From positions 1 through 64,000 of the IMG/VR virus record IMGVR_UViG_3300033571_020726: a stretch of 64,000 bases of DNA. One strand, given 5' to 3'. Numbering within the stretch: position 1 is the first letter of the stretch; every line of letters starts with the position of its first letter. Positions 1 to 9,541 of this stretch are shown one piece after another. The notes beneath the pieces were generated by a model. The model was not told the DNA's origin and made no database searches. It saw only the letters and a program-made list of their open reading frames with translations. The translations under genes and the position numbers were made by a program. Origin of the DNA: a virus.

Positions 1-1
1 A

Positions 2-313
2 AGAAAAATAAATAATAGTTTTCATTATGGTTTATTTAAACAAAAAAATAATGATGTTATTTATCCCGAATTCATTAATCATTCAATTAATACAGGTCCT
101 TTTTTTTTAGAATTAAATACTATTCCTTCTGAACAATTAATGCCTTATAATATTGATATAAATTTTAATGAATCACATGATTTTTTTAATAATTCTAAAA
201 ACGATATCGTATTTAAAAATGGCGCATACCTATATTCAGATAGACATTGGGATATAGATTATAATACATTTGATATTATATTTAAAGGTGTATTTGAAGG
301 TGATGTATATTAA
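2..313 (+). CDS. Partial CDS (3' end), hypothetical virion-associated protein
   Basis: Open frame from position 2 (RKINNSFHYGLF...FEGDVY) to TAA at 311-313, immediately upstream of the next gene's RBS. Confidence 0.75.
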   Translation, partial: RKINNSFHYGLFKQKNNDVIYPEFINHSINTGPFFLELNTIPSEQLMPYNIDINFNESHDFFNNSKNDIVFKNGAYLYSDRHWDIDYNTFDIIFKGVFEGDVY

Positions 314-331
314 AAAAAGGATAATAAATAA

Positions 332-1780
332 ATGAGTAATGTAATACCAAATGGTAATAAAATTCATTCATTAGGAAAAAATGATGGATTTGAAATAATT
401 AGATGGAATGAATTATGGGTAGGCTCAATTGATACAGACACAGGCATTTCAGTTAATATTCATGACTTTTCACAAGATAATTTAGATTTAACAAATCAAA
501 TATATGACGCATTACATGTAAGAGGACATATTTCATTATTACAAGGGGATTTTTTTATTAGGGATTTTATAAATAAATTTTTAATATTAAATATTGCTGA
601 AGAATTAAAAAATTTATCAAATTCTGTAATATCTATGAATCAAAACAATGATTCAAATCATGTCAGACAAATTAATGAAATAAGTGTAAACAATTCTGGT
701 AGATATAATCAAAATAATAAAATTTTAACATTATATACAGATGATATTAATGAAGTAACAAATGATCCTGGATTACCTCACTTATGGTGGACACAGGATA
801 GATTTGATATTTCTTTCTCAAAAAAGAAGTCGACAGACTTAAACGATAGTAATAATTTATTAAGATACAATAATTTAAATTTTGGTATTATTGATTCAAC
901 ATGTATTATTCCTGGAATTAATCAACAAACAATGAAAATTGATCAATCATTATTACCTTCTGATATTGTAAATTCTAATAATATGTCAAATAATAAATCA
1001 TTAATTGTTGGTACTTTAGCTGAAAGAGATACATACGAAACGCCATTTGAAGGTTTATTTTGGAAAATATTAGATAATGCAAATCCAACAGATAATGATT
1101 TATTATACATATATAATGGTACAGAATGGATTGAAGTAATAGGCAATATCATTAATCAAAATGATATTGTAACGAATATTAATAATTTAAATTCTTTGCA
1201 AATTGATAATTCAAAAAATATTACAAATTTTACAACGCAATATATCGACGAGTATGAAAATATTGACTTTACTTCTGCTAAAAATATTTATTTTTCAAGG
1301 CAAAGATTAAAAGATTCAATTTATTCAAATGATAATACAATTTTAATTACAAAAAATGAAGAAAATAAAACAACACTCTCATTAGTAGGTTATAACCCTA
1401 TTTCAAATATAGAACAAGTTTATAATTCGTTAGGTTTTTCATTTGTACCAAACCATTCAGAACAATATTTTAACTCAAATTCATTAATTCCAAATGATCT
1501 TTATAAATCTTTTAACTTTCGTGGTACTAGTAATCCAGGATCAGTAATGATTGGACAAATTAGAAAAAGTTTTGCAGCTGATAATATTCTAAATGTTTCT
1601 CTAACTTTTAATTTTTTAAAACCTTTATTCTTTACTGATACAAATTATATTCAGTTTATTAAAAGTAATTCAAATTTACAAAATACTTCTATTTTTCAAT
1701 TAAAAGAAAAAGTAGTTTTAATAGAAAAAGTTAAAGAAGAAGTATCAAATGAAATTCTAAATATGATTACTTCTTTTTAA
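332..1780 (+). CDS. Putative tail fibre/appendage protein, paralog of 1838..3535
   Basis: N-terminal P..LG..RW..LWVG motif, DPGLPHLWWT block shared with next gene, KI..SLLP/ERD/LYIYNGTEW fibre module; aagg RBS. Confidence 0.6.
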   Translation: MSNVIPNGNKIHSLGKNDGFEIIRWNELWVGSIDTDTGISVNIHDFSQDNLDLTNQIYDALHVRGHISLLQGDFFIRDFINKFLILNIAEELKNLSNSVISMNQNNDSNHVRQINEISVNNSGRYNQNNKILTLYTDDINEVTNDPGLPHLWWTQDRFDISFSKKKSTDLNDSNNLLRYNNLNFGIIDSTCIIPGINQQTMKIDQSLLPSDIVNSNNMSNNKSLIVGTLAERDTYETPFEGLFWKILDNANPTDNDLLYIYNGTEWIEVIGNIINQNDIVTNINNLNSLQIDNSKNITNFTTQYIDEYENIDFTSAKNIYFSRQRLKDSIYSNDNTILITKNEENKTTLSLVGYNPISNIEQVYNSLGFSFVPNHSEQYFNSNSLIPNDLYKSFNFRGTSNPGSVMIGQIRKSFAADNILNVSLTFNFLKPLFFTDTNYIQFIKSNSNLQNTSIFQLKEKVVLIEKVKEEVSNEILNMITSF

Positions 1781-1837
1781 TTATTTTGTTGATAATTAAA
1801 TTTATAGTATTAATTAAATAAAAAGTAAGGATATTTT

Positions 1838-3535
1838 ATGAGTAATTTTCGACCTGATTTTAATAAACAACATATTTTAGGTAAACCGCCTACAGATTTA
1901 AATGATTTATCTACAGCTATTCGTTGGGATAAATTATGGGTAGGTGCAATTGATGCTGATGAAAAAATTAATATAAATACTAATGAACTTCCAAATGAAG
2001 ATGGTGAATTAAGTTTAAATGCAATTTCAGCTATAGGTAATATTAGACAAACAGACGGTTATTTATTTATTCCTGAATGGTTAAACAGATCTAATTTAAT
2101 AAATGTTGCAGAAGAAATAAAAAATATTAAAAATGAATTATCAAATTTTACGACAAATAATCAATTGACTGGTGTTATTGAAGGTATAAATTTAATTGAT
2201 ATTAATAATCAGCAACAATATAATTCTAATACAAAAAAATTAACATTATATACAAAAGATATTGATGAAGTGACAGATGATCCTGGATTACCTCACTTAT
2301 GGTGGACTGAAAATAGATTTAATACATCTTTTTATTTAAAACATTCTACAGCATTAGCTGATAGTGAACAATTACTTAGAACATCACAACTAAATGATGG
2401 CTCACAACAACAATTAACTGATATTGTTAGAATCATTCCTAAATTAGATGAAAACATGAAAATACCTTTATCGTTATTACCAGACAATATAGTAAATCCA
2501 CCTGTGCAAGTATCAAAAGTATATTCTGGAACAAATCAACAAAGATTACAATTTAATAATAGTTTATTAGTTGAAGGTGATATTTGGAAAGTGACTGATG
2601 ATTCGCAATTAACATATATTTGGAAACCTAACATATGGCTTCAATTAACGCAACCTACAAATTTCGATTATATTAAATCAATCAATCAGGATTTACCTTC
2701 TTCAAATGCAACTTTTGTTAGACCTAATTTACCATCTTTAGGGAATCCTGTTGGTAATGTTGTACTTGAAACAAAAAATATTCCTGAACAATCTGGCTTA
2801 AATGTTGCAACTGATTTAATGTATTTTTCAAGAGATCGTGTCTTCTCTTCAATAATCTCAACAGATCAATATATAAAAGTGCAGCAAGATCAGATAACAA
2901 AGAAAACACAATTATCATTTGATACTAGTTTATTACAATCAACTAACATTACAATACAAGATATTTATAATGCAATAAATGTTGATGGTGTACTTTTAAA
3001 AAAATCTTTTAACGCACAAACACAAAAAATTGATATTAAATTAGATTCAGCTAACTTTTTTAAATTATTCACAGGTATAGATTCTATTATTACTCCGACA
3101 GTTGTTTCACCTAATCCGAATCCTACTTTAGCAGCTGCAGGTCAAGATGCTATTAAATTTGATGTTAATATTAATAGTTTAAAAACACAGGTTGTTAATT
3201 CTATGACAATTACTAAACAAATATCAACAATTGTTACAGATTTTAATATTAGCAGTTTTATTACACCTACACCTAATTCATATGTTTTTTGTAAGGTAAA
3301 AAGTGGTTCTTCACTTATTTTAACAGACAACTCTGCACATAATACTGCTATAGGAACAATATTAGTGTTAAAGCCTGATACATTAAATGGTTCTATTACT
3401 GTAAAACAATATATATATGGATCTGGTTCAAATATTACAAATATTAATACTTTACAAATAAATGGCAGTGATACAGCGCATGTTTATCGATATCAAAATT
3501 TAGCAAATCAACCCAGATGGGATAGAATATTATAA
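1838..3535 (+). CDS. Putative tail fibre/appendage protein, paralog of 332..1780
   Basis: Collinear similarity to 332..1780 (RWDKLWVG, NVAEEIKN, DPGLPHLWWT, YFSRDR) plus a C-terminal beta tip-like module ending in W. Confidence 0.6.
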   Translation: MSNFRPDFNKQHILGKPPTDLNDLSTAIRWDKLWVGAIDADEKININTNELPNEDGELSLNAISAIGNIRQTDGYLFIPEWLNRSNLINVAEEIKNIKNELSNFTTNNQLTGVIEGINLIDINNQQQYNSNTKKLTLYTKDIDEVTDDPGLPHLWWTENRFNTSFYLKHSTALADSEQLLRTSQLNDGSQQQLTDIVRIIPKLDENMKIPLSLLPDNIVNPPVQVSKVYSGTNQQRLQFNNSLLVEGDIWKVTDDSQLTYIWKPNIWLQLTQPTNFDYIKSINQDLPSSNATFVRPNLPSLGNPVGNVVLETKNIPEQSGLNVATDLMYFSRDRVFSSIISTDQYIKVQQDQITKKTQLSFDTSLLQSTNITIQDIYNAINVDGVLLKKSFNAQTQKIDIKLDSANFFKLFTGIDSIITPTVVSPNPNPTLAAAGQDAIKFDVNINSLKTQVVNSMTITKQISTIVTDFNISSFITPTPNSYVFCKVKSGSSLILTDNSAHNTAIGTILVLKPDTLNGSITVKQYIYGSGSNITNINTLQINGSDTAHVYRYQNLANQPRWDRIL

Positions 3536-3614
3536 TTTTCTTTTTTATTAGATTTACAGATTTTTATATATTTTGAAATATTTATTTATTAATTAGAAAA
3601 TTAAAGGAAATACA

Positions 3615-6600
3615 ATGGTCGCTTCATTTAACCCTAGTTTTAATAAGGGAAACGATTTAGGAAAAATTGATAGAAAATGGAGACATATCTATATCGGAAA
3701 TATCTATTCAGACTTTGTAGAAATAAAAGAAGGAGGATTAAATGTTGTTGATTCTCCTAATATTAACCCTGGATTAAATGCAGTAAATTTTGGAAATAAT
3801 AATCTTTATATTCGATATAATCGCAATAATAAATTAGGTTCAGTAGACAATGGCGGAAATGAATTAAATTCTATATTAGAAAATATTGATAATGATTTAC
3901 AATATACATCTGATGATTTAAATACTTTTAAATTATTATGTACATTTCTCTTTAAAAAAATACAAGATCCCTATTGGAATGATCCTTATACAATAGACAA
4001 TTTTAACGGAATAGATCCTGAAACTTTTCATCAAACAAATGATCCAGATATTACATATCCTTTGAAGCAGGGTGAAGTTTTTTTAGATTTAGATAATAAA
4101 AATTTATTATTCTTTGTTCCTGATATTACTGTTTATAAAAATGCTAGACAATTTTCAATTGATAACCCAGGAATTGACCCAGCAAATATTCCTAATTATT
4201 ACTCATATGAACAACCTCAAGATTGGATTGACGCAAACAGACTTGAAGGGTTTTTAACATTATCATTAGGTTTTAATAAAGATGATTTTGCAACAAAAGT
4301 ATTTGTAAACAGCACTGTCAATACAGCAATCGCTAATTTAATTGACGGTGCACCTGATATTTTAGATACATTAAATGAAATAGCTGCTGCAATAAATAAT
4401 GATCCTGATGCTTTTAATACTTTGCAAACGCTTATCGACACTTTGTCAAATGACACATATCGTAAAAATGAAACATACACCCAAACAGAAGTTAATACCT
4501 TAATTAGTAATTTATCAACAACTTCTTCTAAAAAACCATGGGATTATTTTATAGGCTCAGATACTGTCAGAGGTGAAATTAATAATATCACTGACGTATA
4601 TACACAAATCAATCAGAATAATCTTGTACAAAATCCTCAGAAGTCTATACCTAAAACACTTTTAATCAAACCTGACGCAACAGGATTATATAATAACGAA
4701 ACGAGTATCTTACAACTTAATATTACAAATATATATCAACAATCATTGTATAAAAACGCTGACGATTATGTAAAATTTAAAAAAATAGAAGTAGATATTT
4801 CAAATGTTATTTATTCGAATGGCATTATTACATTTGAAAATGTGCAAATTGAACAAATAAAAATATTAGATTCACAAAATTCAAAAATACCATATACTAT
4901 TCGAATAATCAATTGTTTAATTACAAATACTTTAGATTCTAGATTAATTATTAATGATGATTCTGGTAATCCAAATGTTAAAATTGAAATAAGAAATTCA
5001 AAAGTTAAAAATAATTTTAATAATAATGCAATCTATTTAAAAAAAGGTCAAATATTTATTGAAGAATCTGAAATTTCTTATTTAAATGAAACAGCAGGCG
5101 TTGATGTTATTAGTTTATGGCAAAGTCAAAATAATTTTAATATATCCACAGATTTAAAAACATATTGTGAGATTAACAACTCAAAGATATATGGCGTATG
5201 TGAAGTAAATGATAATGTAAAATTAAAAATAAAAAATTCAATAATAATAAATGCTTCTGATACATATAATGGCGCGTTATTATATGCTATAGGTACTGAT
5301 TCAACACTTGATTTACAAACAGTGCATTTTTATAAAAAAGAAAATACAGTTTCAGCTGATATACATATCGCTGGTAATGGTAATTGTTACGTCGATCATA
5401 ATATTTATGAATTATCTTTTCGTTTAGATCAAAATGGAAATATGATTTTAGATGGCGACAAACCAATTGCACGTAATGTAGGTTTTGAAAATTCAATAAA
5501 TAATGGTAAAGGTATAACAACAGAATTTTTCTATAAACCACTTGGTTATAATTTGTTTTTTTACGATGATGAGAGGGCTAGAGATGCAATTTCAATAGCA
5601 TTAACATCATCGCAACAACAAGATGGAGTAAATCTACCTTTTTTTGAAGAGGAAGGTTATGAAAATTATCCGCATAATCCTAAAGGTATAGAATTTAAAC
5701 ACTATGACGATAAAAATGTAATAGGTCTTGATATTTCAGGTGTAAATATTCATGATTTAACAAATGGCGATCAAATTGCGTTTAAAAATGAAACAAATAT
5801 ATTTGTAGAAAATCAAAATTTAACAGCAGGATTTAAAGCATATGAAAATGTAAATATTGGTAATTATGATATTAAAACTTCTGATCCTGATATATATTTC
5901 GATACAAATATCTCATTAAAATCTCAAGGTTTAACAAGCGATAATTTACCTAATTTATTTGAACTTCGTGGAGATTATATTGAAATAAAAAGAAATATAG
6001 ACGTTTCAAATGATTATATTTTTGAAACTGAACTTCAAACAAATACACTACTTTTAGATACAATTAATTCAAATATACTTGCAAATCCACCTGAATATGT
6101 TTATTTACCTACATTTAAATTCAATGATAATATTTGGACATCTATTAAAGACCCTGTATATAATAGCAATATTGCAAACAAAAATTATGTTGATACAGAA
6201 ATCACAACTATTTTTAGCGCTTTAAATAATATAAAATTAGATGATATTACTGATGTTAATACAACAGGTTGGCAAAGAGATGTATCTGGTAATATTTTAA
6301 TTGATAATGAAACGGGTGATAAATTAAAAGCAACTACACAAGATGGAATGATTTTATCTTATGGCCCACATGAAATCAATGATTTAGATTATGATCCAGG
6401 AAAAACAGAAGATTGGCATGCAAAATTTATTAATGTTAAACCTAGTTTTAAATTTTACGCAGATAATAATCCTAATCAAGCTTTACAATCAATTAATAAT
6501 ACACCATTTGAAGGCATTTATGAGTTAGATAACGTAAAAAATACATATAATTTTATTAATACACAAGATTGGTATGATATTGTATATAATACAGATTCTT

Positions 6601-8687
6601 TATTTCGTTTAAGAGGTATTCTACCATTAGATACTACAAAAACAGAACATATTGAAAATGGTATTGACAAGTCTTTAGCAGGGGCAAATGATTATTGGAG
6701 TGCAGACGAATATTCTTTATTTTGGAATAATCAAATTACAAATCAACTTAATGTATCAAATGATAAAATTCATCCTGATCTTCAAAGCAATGAACCTATT
6801 CATACAGCACAGGAGTTTGATGGATCTGGTGGATATGAACCTGTTGCAATACAAAATAAAATTAGATTAGCTAAAAATTATACCTATCATGATACAGATG
6901 TAGCATTAAGATATGATGGCGCAGGTAAAGTATATATAGCAAAAGCGAATGAAACAAAATTTGGTAATAATTCAGGCTCATATACTTATAATATTCTAAA
7001 TAGAGCAGGTTCTTCTACTACTGTTACAGATATTCATCCTACGCCAACAAATGTAGGATATGCAGTTAACCCTCAAAATTTATTTGCTGCATATGCACGT
7101 CGTGATATGACTAACTTAACAAGGGCTACATTAGGTGCAACAGTAGGAAACAGGATATTACGTCATGAAGATGAAGTAAATTATGCAAGATGGAATTTAG
7201 GTTTTATTACAGATTTTGATATAAATAGTGATAAAGTTTATTTAAAATATGATAGAGACAGTGACGAATATAAATCAGCAGATGCAACATTTCAATATTA
7301 TGATTATTTACAAATACAGTCAGAAGATACAATAAATGGTATTGTTAATAGCGAATTAAATAATACTTCTTCACCATGGAATCCAATTAATGCTAAATTA
7401 AATCGATATTATTTTGTTACATGTTCTACTAATGTGAATGAGAAAAACTTAATCATCCTTCCAGAAATTACTGCTGATTCAATTGGTCATTCAATTGTTG
7501 TTAAGAAAGAAAACGCAGCAGGAAAATTATTGATTTGGACAAAAATACCAAATGATGAACGCTTTTTATTACAAGATGGTGTAACTATATCACAAGATCA
7601 ATCAACAGGATTTGTTCAAATAAATATTGATAATATGGGACAAGTTATTAAATTTATGTCAAATGGCAATCCTACTGATCCGTATTGGATTGTTGAAGGA
7701 TTCTTTGGCAATGGTGGTGTGGGATTTGATGTAAATTCAAATAGAGAAATAATTCAGGATCAAATTATTGCGCCATTTTTTGTACATGATCCTATTGAAC
7801 CTGCGACACATGATCCTGCAATTTCTTTTGAATATGATTCTGTCGCAGATGCAAATGACAGAATCATTGCAAAAATAAACTTTGCTACACAGGAACAAGT
7901 TAATGAAGGTATTATAACAAATAAACCTATTACACCTAATACTTTACAAACAAAATTAACAAATTCTTTATCTGAATATGTTTTAACTAATAATTTTAGT
8001 AGCTTATTCAATACAAATGTTGGAAGTAGCGCAACTTTAACGCAAAAAATAAATGATCAAATATCTGGAAAAGCAAATTCAAGTGATTTAGGAACTGCTG
8101 CATATGTAGATTTAGGATCACAAGTAGGTAATGTTCCTGAAATTGGTTCAGATTTAACGAATAATAATTTTGTAATTACTGATGCTTCTGGCAAATTAAA
8201 AACAGGTACAATTACATCATCAGAAACAACTTTAGGTCTTATTCGACTTGCTACACAGGATGAAGTTGATACAGGGACTGGTGATGATGCTGTTACACCT
8301 GAAGCATTATTGAATGCAATTACAGGAAATACAACAATAAAACAAGCAATAATTCAATCAACTTCTGCAACTTATTCTTATGAATCATTAGTCGGTTCTG
8401 CATCTACTAATACACCTCCTACTTTTAATATTGTTACTGGTAAATATTATTCAATTACTACAGATAACAGAGGACAAATAACTTTAAATTTACCAGCGAT
8501 TAGTACTAATGCAATTGCAGGTTCAATTATTAGACTTAAGTTTAAAGAAAATCTTAGTGGGTTTAATATTAAAATTAATCCTAATGGGTCTGATAAAATT
8601 GATACATTAACAGAATGGATATTAGAACACAAAGGACAAGCAATAACTCTTGTATCAGATGGTACAAGTGAATGGGAGATAAACTAA
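3615..8687 (+). CDS. Long tail fibre protein
   Basis: Fibre motif APDILDTLNEIAAAINNDP; T4 gp34-like repeats ATQEQVNEG..ITP and GLIRLATQDEVDTG..AVTP; beta-helix-like I/N-rich middle region; two LP..G..K..W tip-like modules. Confidence 0.8.
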   Translation: MVASFNPSFNKGNDLGKIDRKWRHIYIGNIYSDFVEIKEGGLNVVDSPNINPGLNAVNFGNNNLYIRYNRNNKLGSVDNGGNELNSILENIDNDLQYTSDDLNTFKLLCTFLFKKIQDPYWNDPYTIDNFNGIDPETFHQTNDPDITYPLKQGEVFLDLDNKNLLFFVPDITVYKNARQFSIDNPGIDPANIPNYYSYEQPQDWIDANRLEGFLTLSLGFNKDDFATKVFVNSTVNTAIANLIDGAPDILDTLNEIAAAINNDPDAFNTLQTLIDTLSNDTYRKNETYTQTEVNTLISNLSTTSSKKPWDYFIGSDTVRGEINNITDVYTQINQNNLVQNPQKSIPKTLLIKPDATGLYNNETSILQLNITNIYQQSLYKNADDYVKFKKIEVDISNVIYSNGIITFENVQIEQIKILDSQNSKIPYTIRIINCLITNTLDSRLIINDDSGNPNVKIEIRNSKVKNNFNNNAIYLKKGQIFIEESEISYLNETAGVDVISLWQSQNNFNISTDLKTYCEINNSKIYGVCEVNDNVKLKIKNSIIINASDTYNGALLYAIGTDSTLDLQTVHFYKKENTVSADIHIAGNGNCYVDHNIYELSFRLDQNGNMILDGDKPIARNVGFENSINNGKGITTEFFYKPLGYNLFFYDDERARDAISIALTSSQQQDGVNLPFFEEEGYENYPHNPKGIEFKHYDDKNVIGLDISGVNIHDLTNGDQIAFKNETNIFVENQNLTAGFKAYENVNIGNYDIKTSDPDIYFDTNISLKSQGLTSDNLPNLFELRGDYIEIKRNIDVSNDYIFETELQTNTLLLDTINSNILANPPEYVYLPTFKFNDNIWTSIKDPVYNSNIANKNYVDTEITTIFSALNNIKLDDITDVNTTGWQRDVSGNILIDNETGDKLKATTQDGMILSYGPHEINDLDYDPGKTEDWHAKFINVKPSFKFYADNNPNQALQSINNTPFEGIYELDNVKNTYNFINTQDWYDIVYNTDSLFRLRGILPLDTTKTEHIENGIDKSLAGANDYWSADEYSLFWNNQITNQLNVSNDKIHPDLQSNEPIHTAQEFDGSGGYEPVAIQNKIRLAKNYTYHDTDVALRYDGAGKVYIAKANETKFGNNSGSYTYNILNRAGSSTTVTDIHPTPTNVGYAVNPQNLFAAYARRDMTNLTRATLGATVGNRILRHEDEVNYARWNLGFITDFDINSDKVYLKYDRDSDEYKSADATFQYYDYLQIQSEDTINGIVNSELNNTSSPWNPINAKLNRYYFVTCSTNVNEKNLIILPEITADSIGHSIVVKKENAAGKLLIWTKIPNDERFLLQDGVTISQDQSTGFVQINIDNMGQVIKFMSNGNPTDPYWIVEGFFGNGGVGFDVNSNREIIQDQIIAPFFVHDPIEPATHDPAISFEYDSVADANDRIIAKINFATQEQVNEGIITNKPITPNTLQTKLTNSLSEYVLTNNFSSLFNTNVGSSATLTQKINDQISGKANSSDLGTAAYVDLGSQVGNVPEIGSDLTNNNFVITDASGKLKTGTITSSETTLGLIRLATQDEVDTGTGDDAVTPEALLNAITGNTTIKQAIIQSTSATYSYESLVGSASTNTPPTFNIVTGKYYSITTDNRGQITLNLPAISTNAIAGSIIRLKFKENLSGFNIKINPNGSDKIDTLTEWILEHKGQAITLVSDGTSEWEIN

Positions 8688-8688
8688 A

Positions 8689-9210
8689 ATGGCTTTCAAT
8701 GAAACCAAAGTTAATGGAAAATTTGGGACTACTATTACATTAACAACTGCTGATATAGATGAGGCACAAAACGGTCTTAGACCTTATGCAACTTATGCTA
8801 GGGTTGCTCCAATTATTACAGAAGAAAGATTCACAGCGAATCCTTCATATCAAGATAAACATTTTTATACTGTAGGTGAATTGGTTGTTAAGACGACTGA
8901 TTTATTATATTGGAAAATTCTATATCCTACGAAAATAAATAAAATTTCAGCGCAAGTTTCAACAGCACCAACAGGTGATAATATTGTATTAAATATTAAA
9001 AAAAAGAGAAACGACAATGGGACAATTACAAATACGACAATTAAAACGCTAACAGTTTTGCAAAATCAAACAACTGCACAGACGGGAAATGATGAAGAAT
9101 TTACGTTTGATGAATTAGATTCAATAGGTATCGAAGTACAAGTTGTAGGATCAACAATTAAAGGCAGTGATTTAGTTGTTTCTTTTAAATATTTTTCGAC
9201 AGGTATTTAA
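8689..9210 (+). CDS. Small fibre-associated structural protein
   Basis: Starts 1 nt after fibre stop; TAPTG..I...D.I.I.V..VGST..G.DL.V module typical of phage fibre accessory domains. Confidence 0.5.
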   Translation: MAFNETKVNGKFGTTITLTTADIDEAQNGLRPYATYARVAPIITEERFTANPSYQDKHFYTVGELVVKTTDLLYWKILYPTKINKISAQVSTAPTGDNIVLNIKKKRNDNGTITNTTIKTLTVLQNQTTAQTGNDEEFTFDELDSIGIEVQVVGSTIKGSDLVVSFKYFSTGI

Positions 9211-9257
9211 AAATATATTGATATTTATAAAATAAATTAAAAAAGGTTTTATAAAGA

Positions 9258-9539
9258 ATGATTATTGAAAGAAGAGACGTTTTATTTTTAATTGATAAAG
9301 ATAAAAATGAATTTTATTATAATATAACTTATGAATTTGATGAAAATTTAAATTCACATTTAATTAGGGTTAAAATAAATAATAGCGAATATGATCATTT
9401 AATTCAATATTATAATCCTATTACAAATAATCATTGGCAAACAGCTGATGAAGCATTTAATTATATTTTAGCGGGTATTCAATTTATAGACATTAGTTTA
9501 CAAATTGATAAAACAAACAATATAGATGGAAATATTTAA
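9258..9539 (+). CDS. Small hypothetical protein, possible fibre assembly/chaperone
   Basis: ORF with aaagg RBS; QYYNPITNNHW..ADEA motif; closely followed by 9542. Confidence 0.45.
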   Translation: MIIERRDVLFLIDKDKNEFYYNITYEFDENLNSHLIRVKINNSEYDHLIQYYNPITNNHWQTADEAFNYILAGIQFIDISLQIDKTNNIDGNI

Positions 9540-9541
9540 AA

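Noticed and set aside
725-2307. Possible diversity-generating retroelement TR/VR pairs (also 22790 vs 23327 and 11899 vs 15486)
   Set aside because: Differences are not confined to adenines of one copy, both copies are coding, and no reverse transcriptase is in the window
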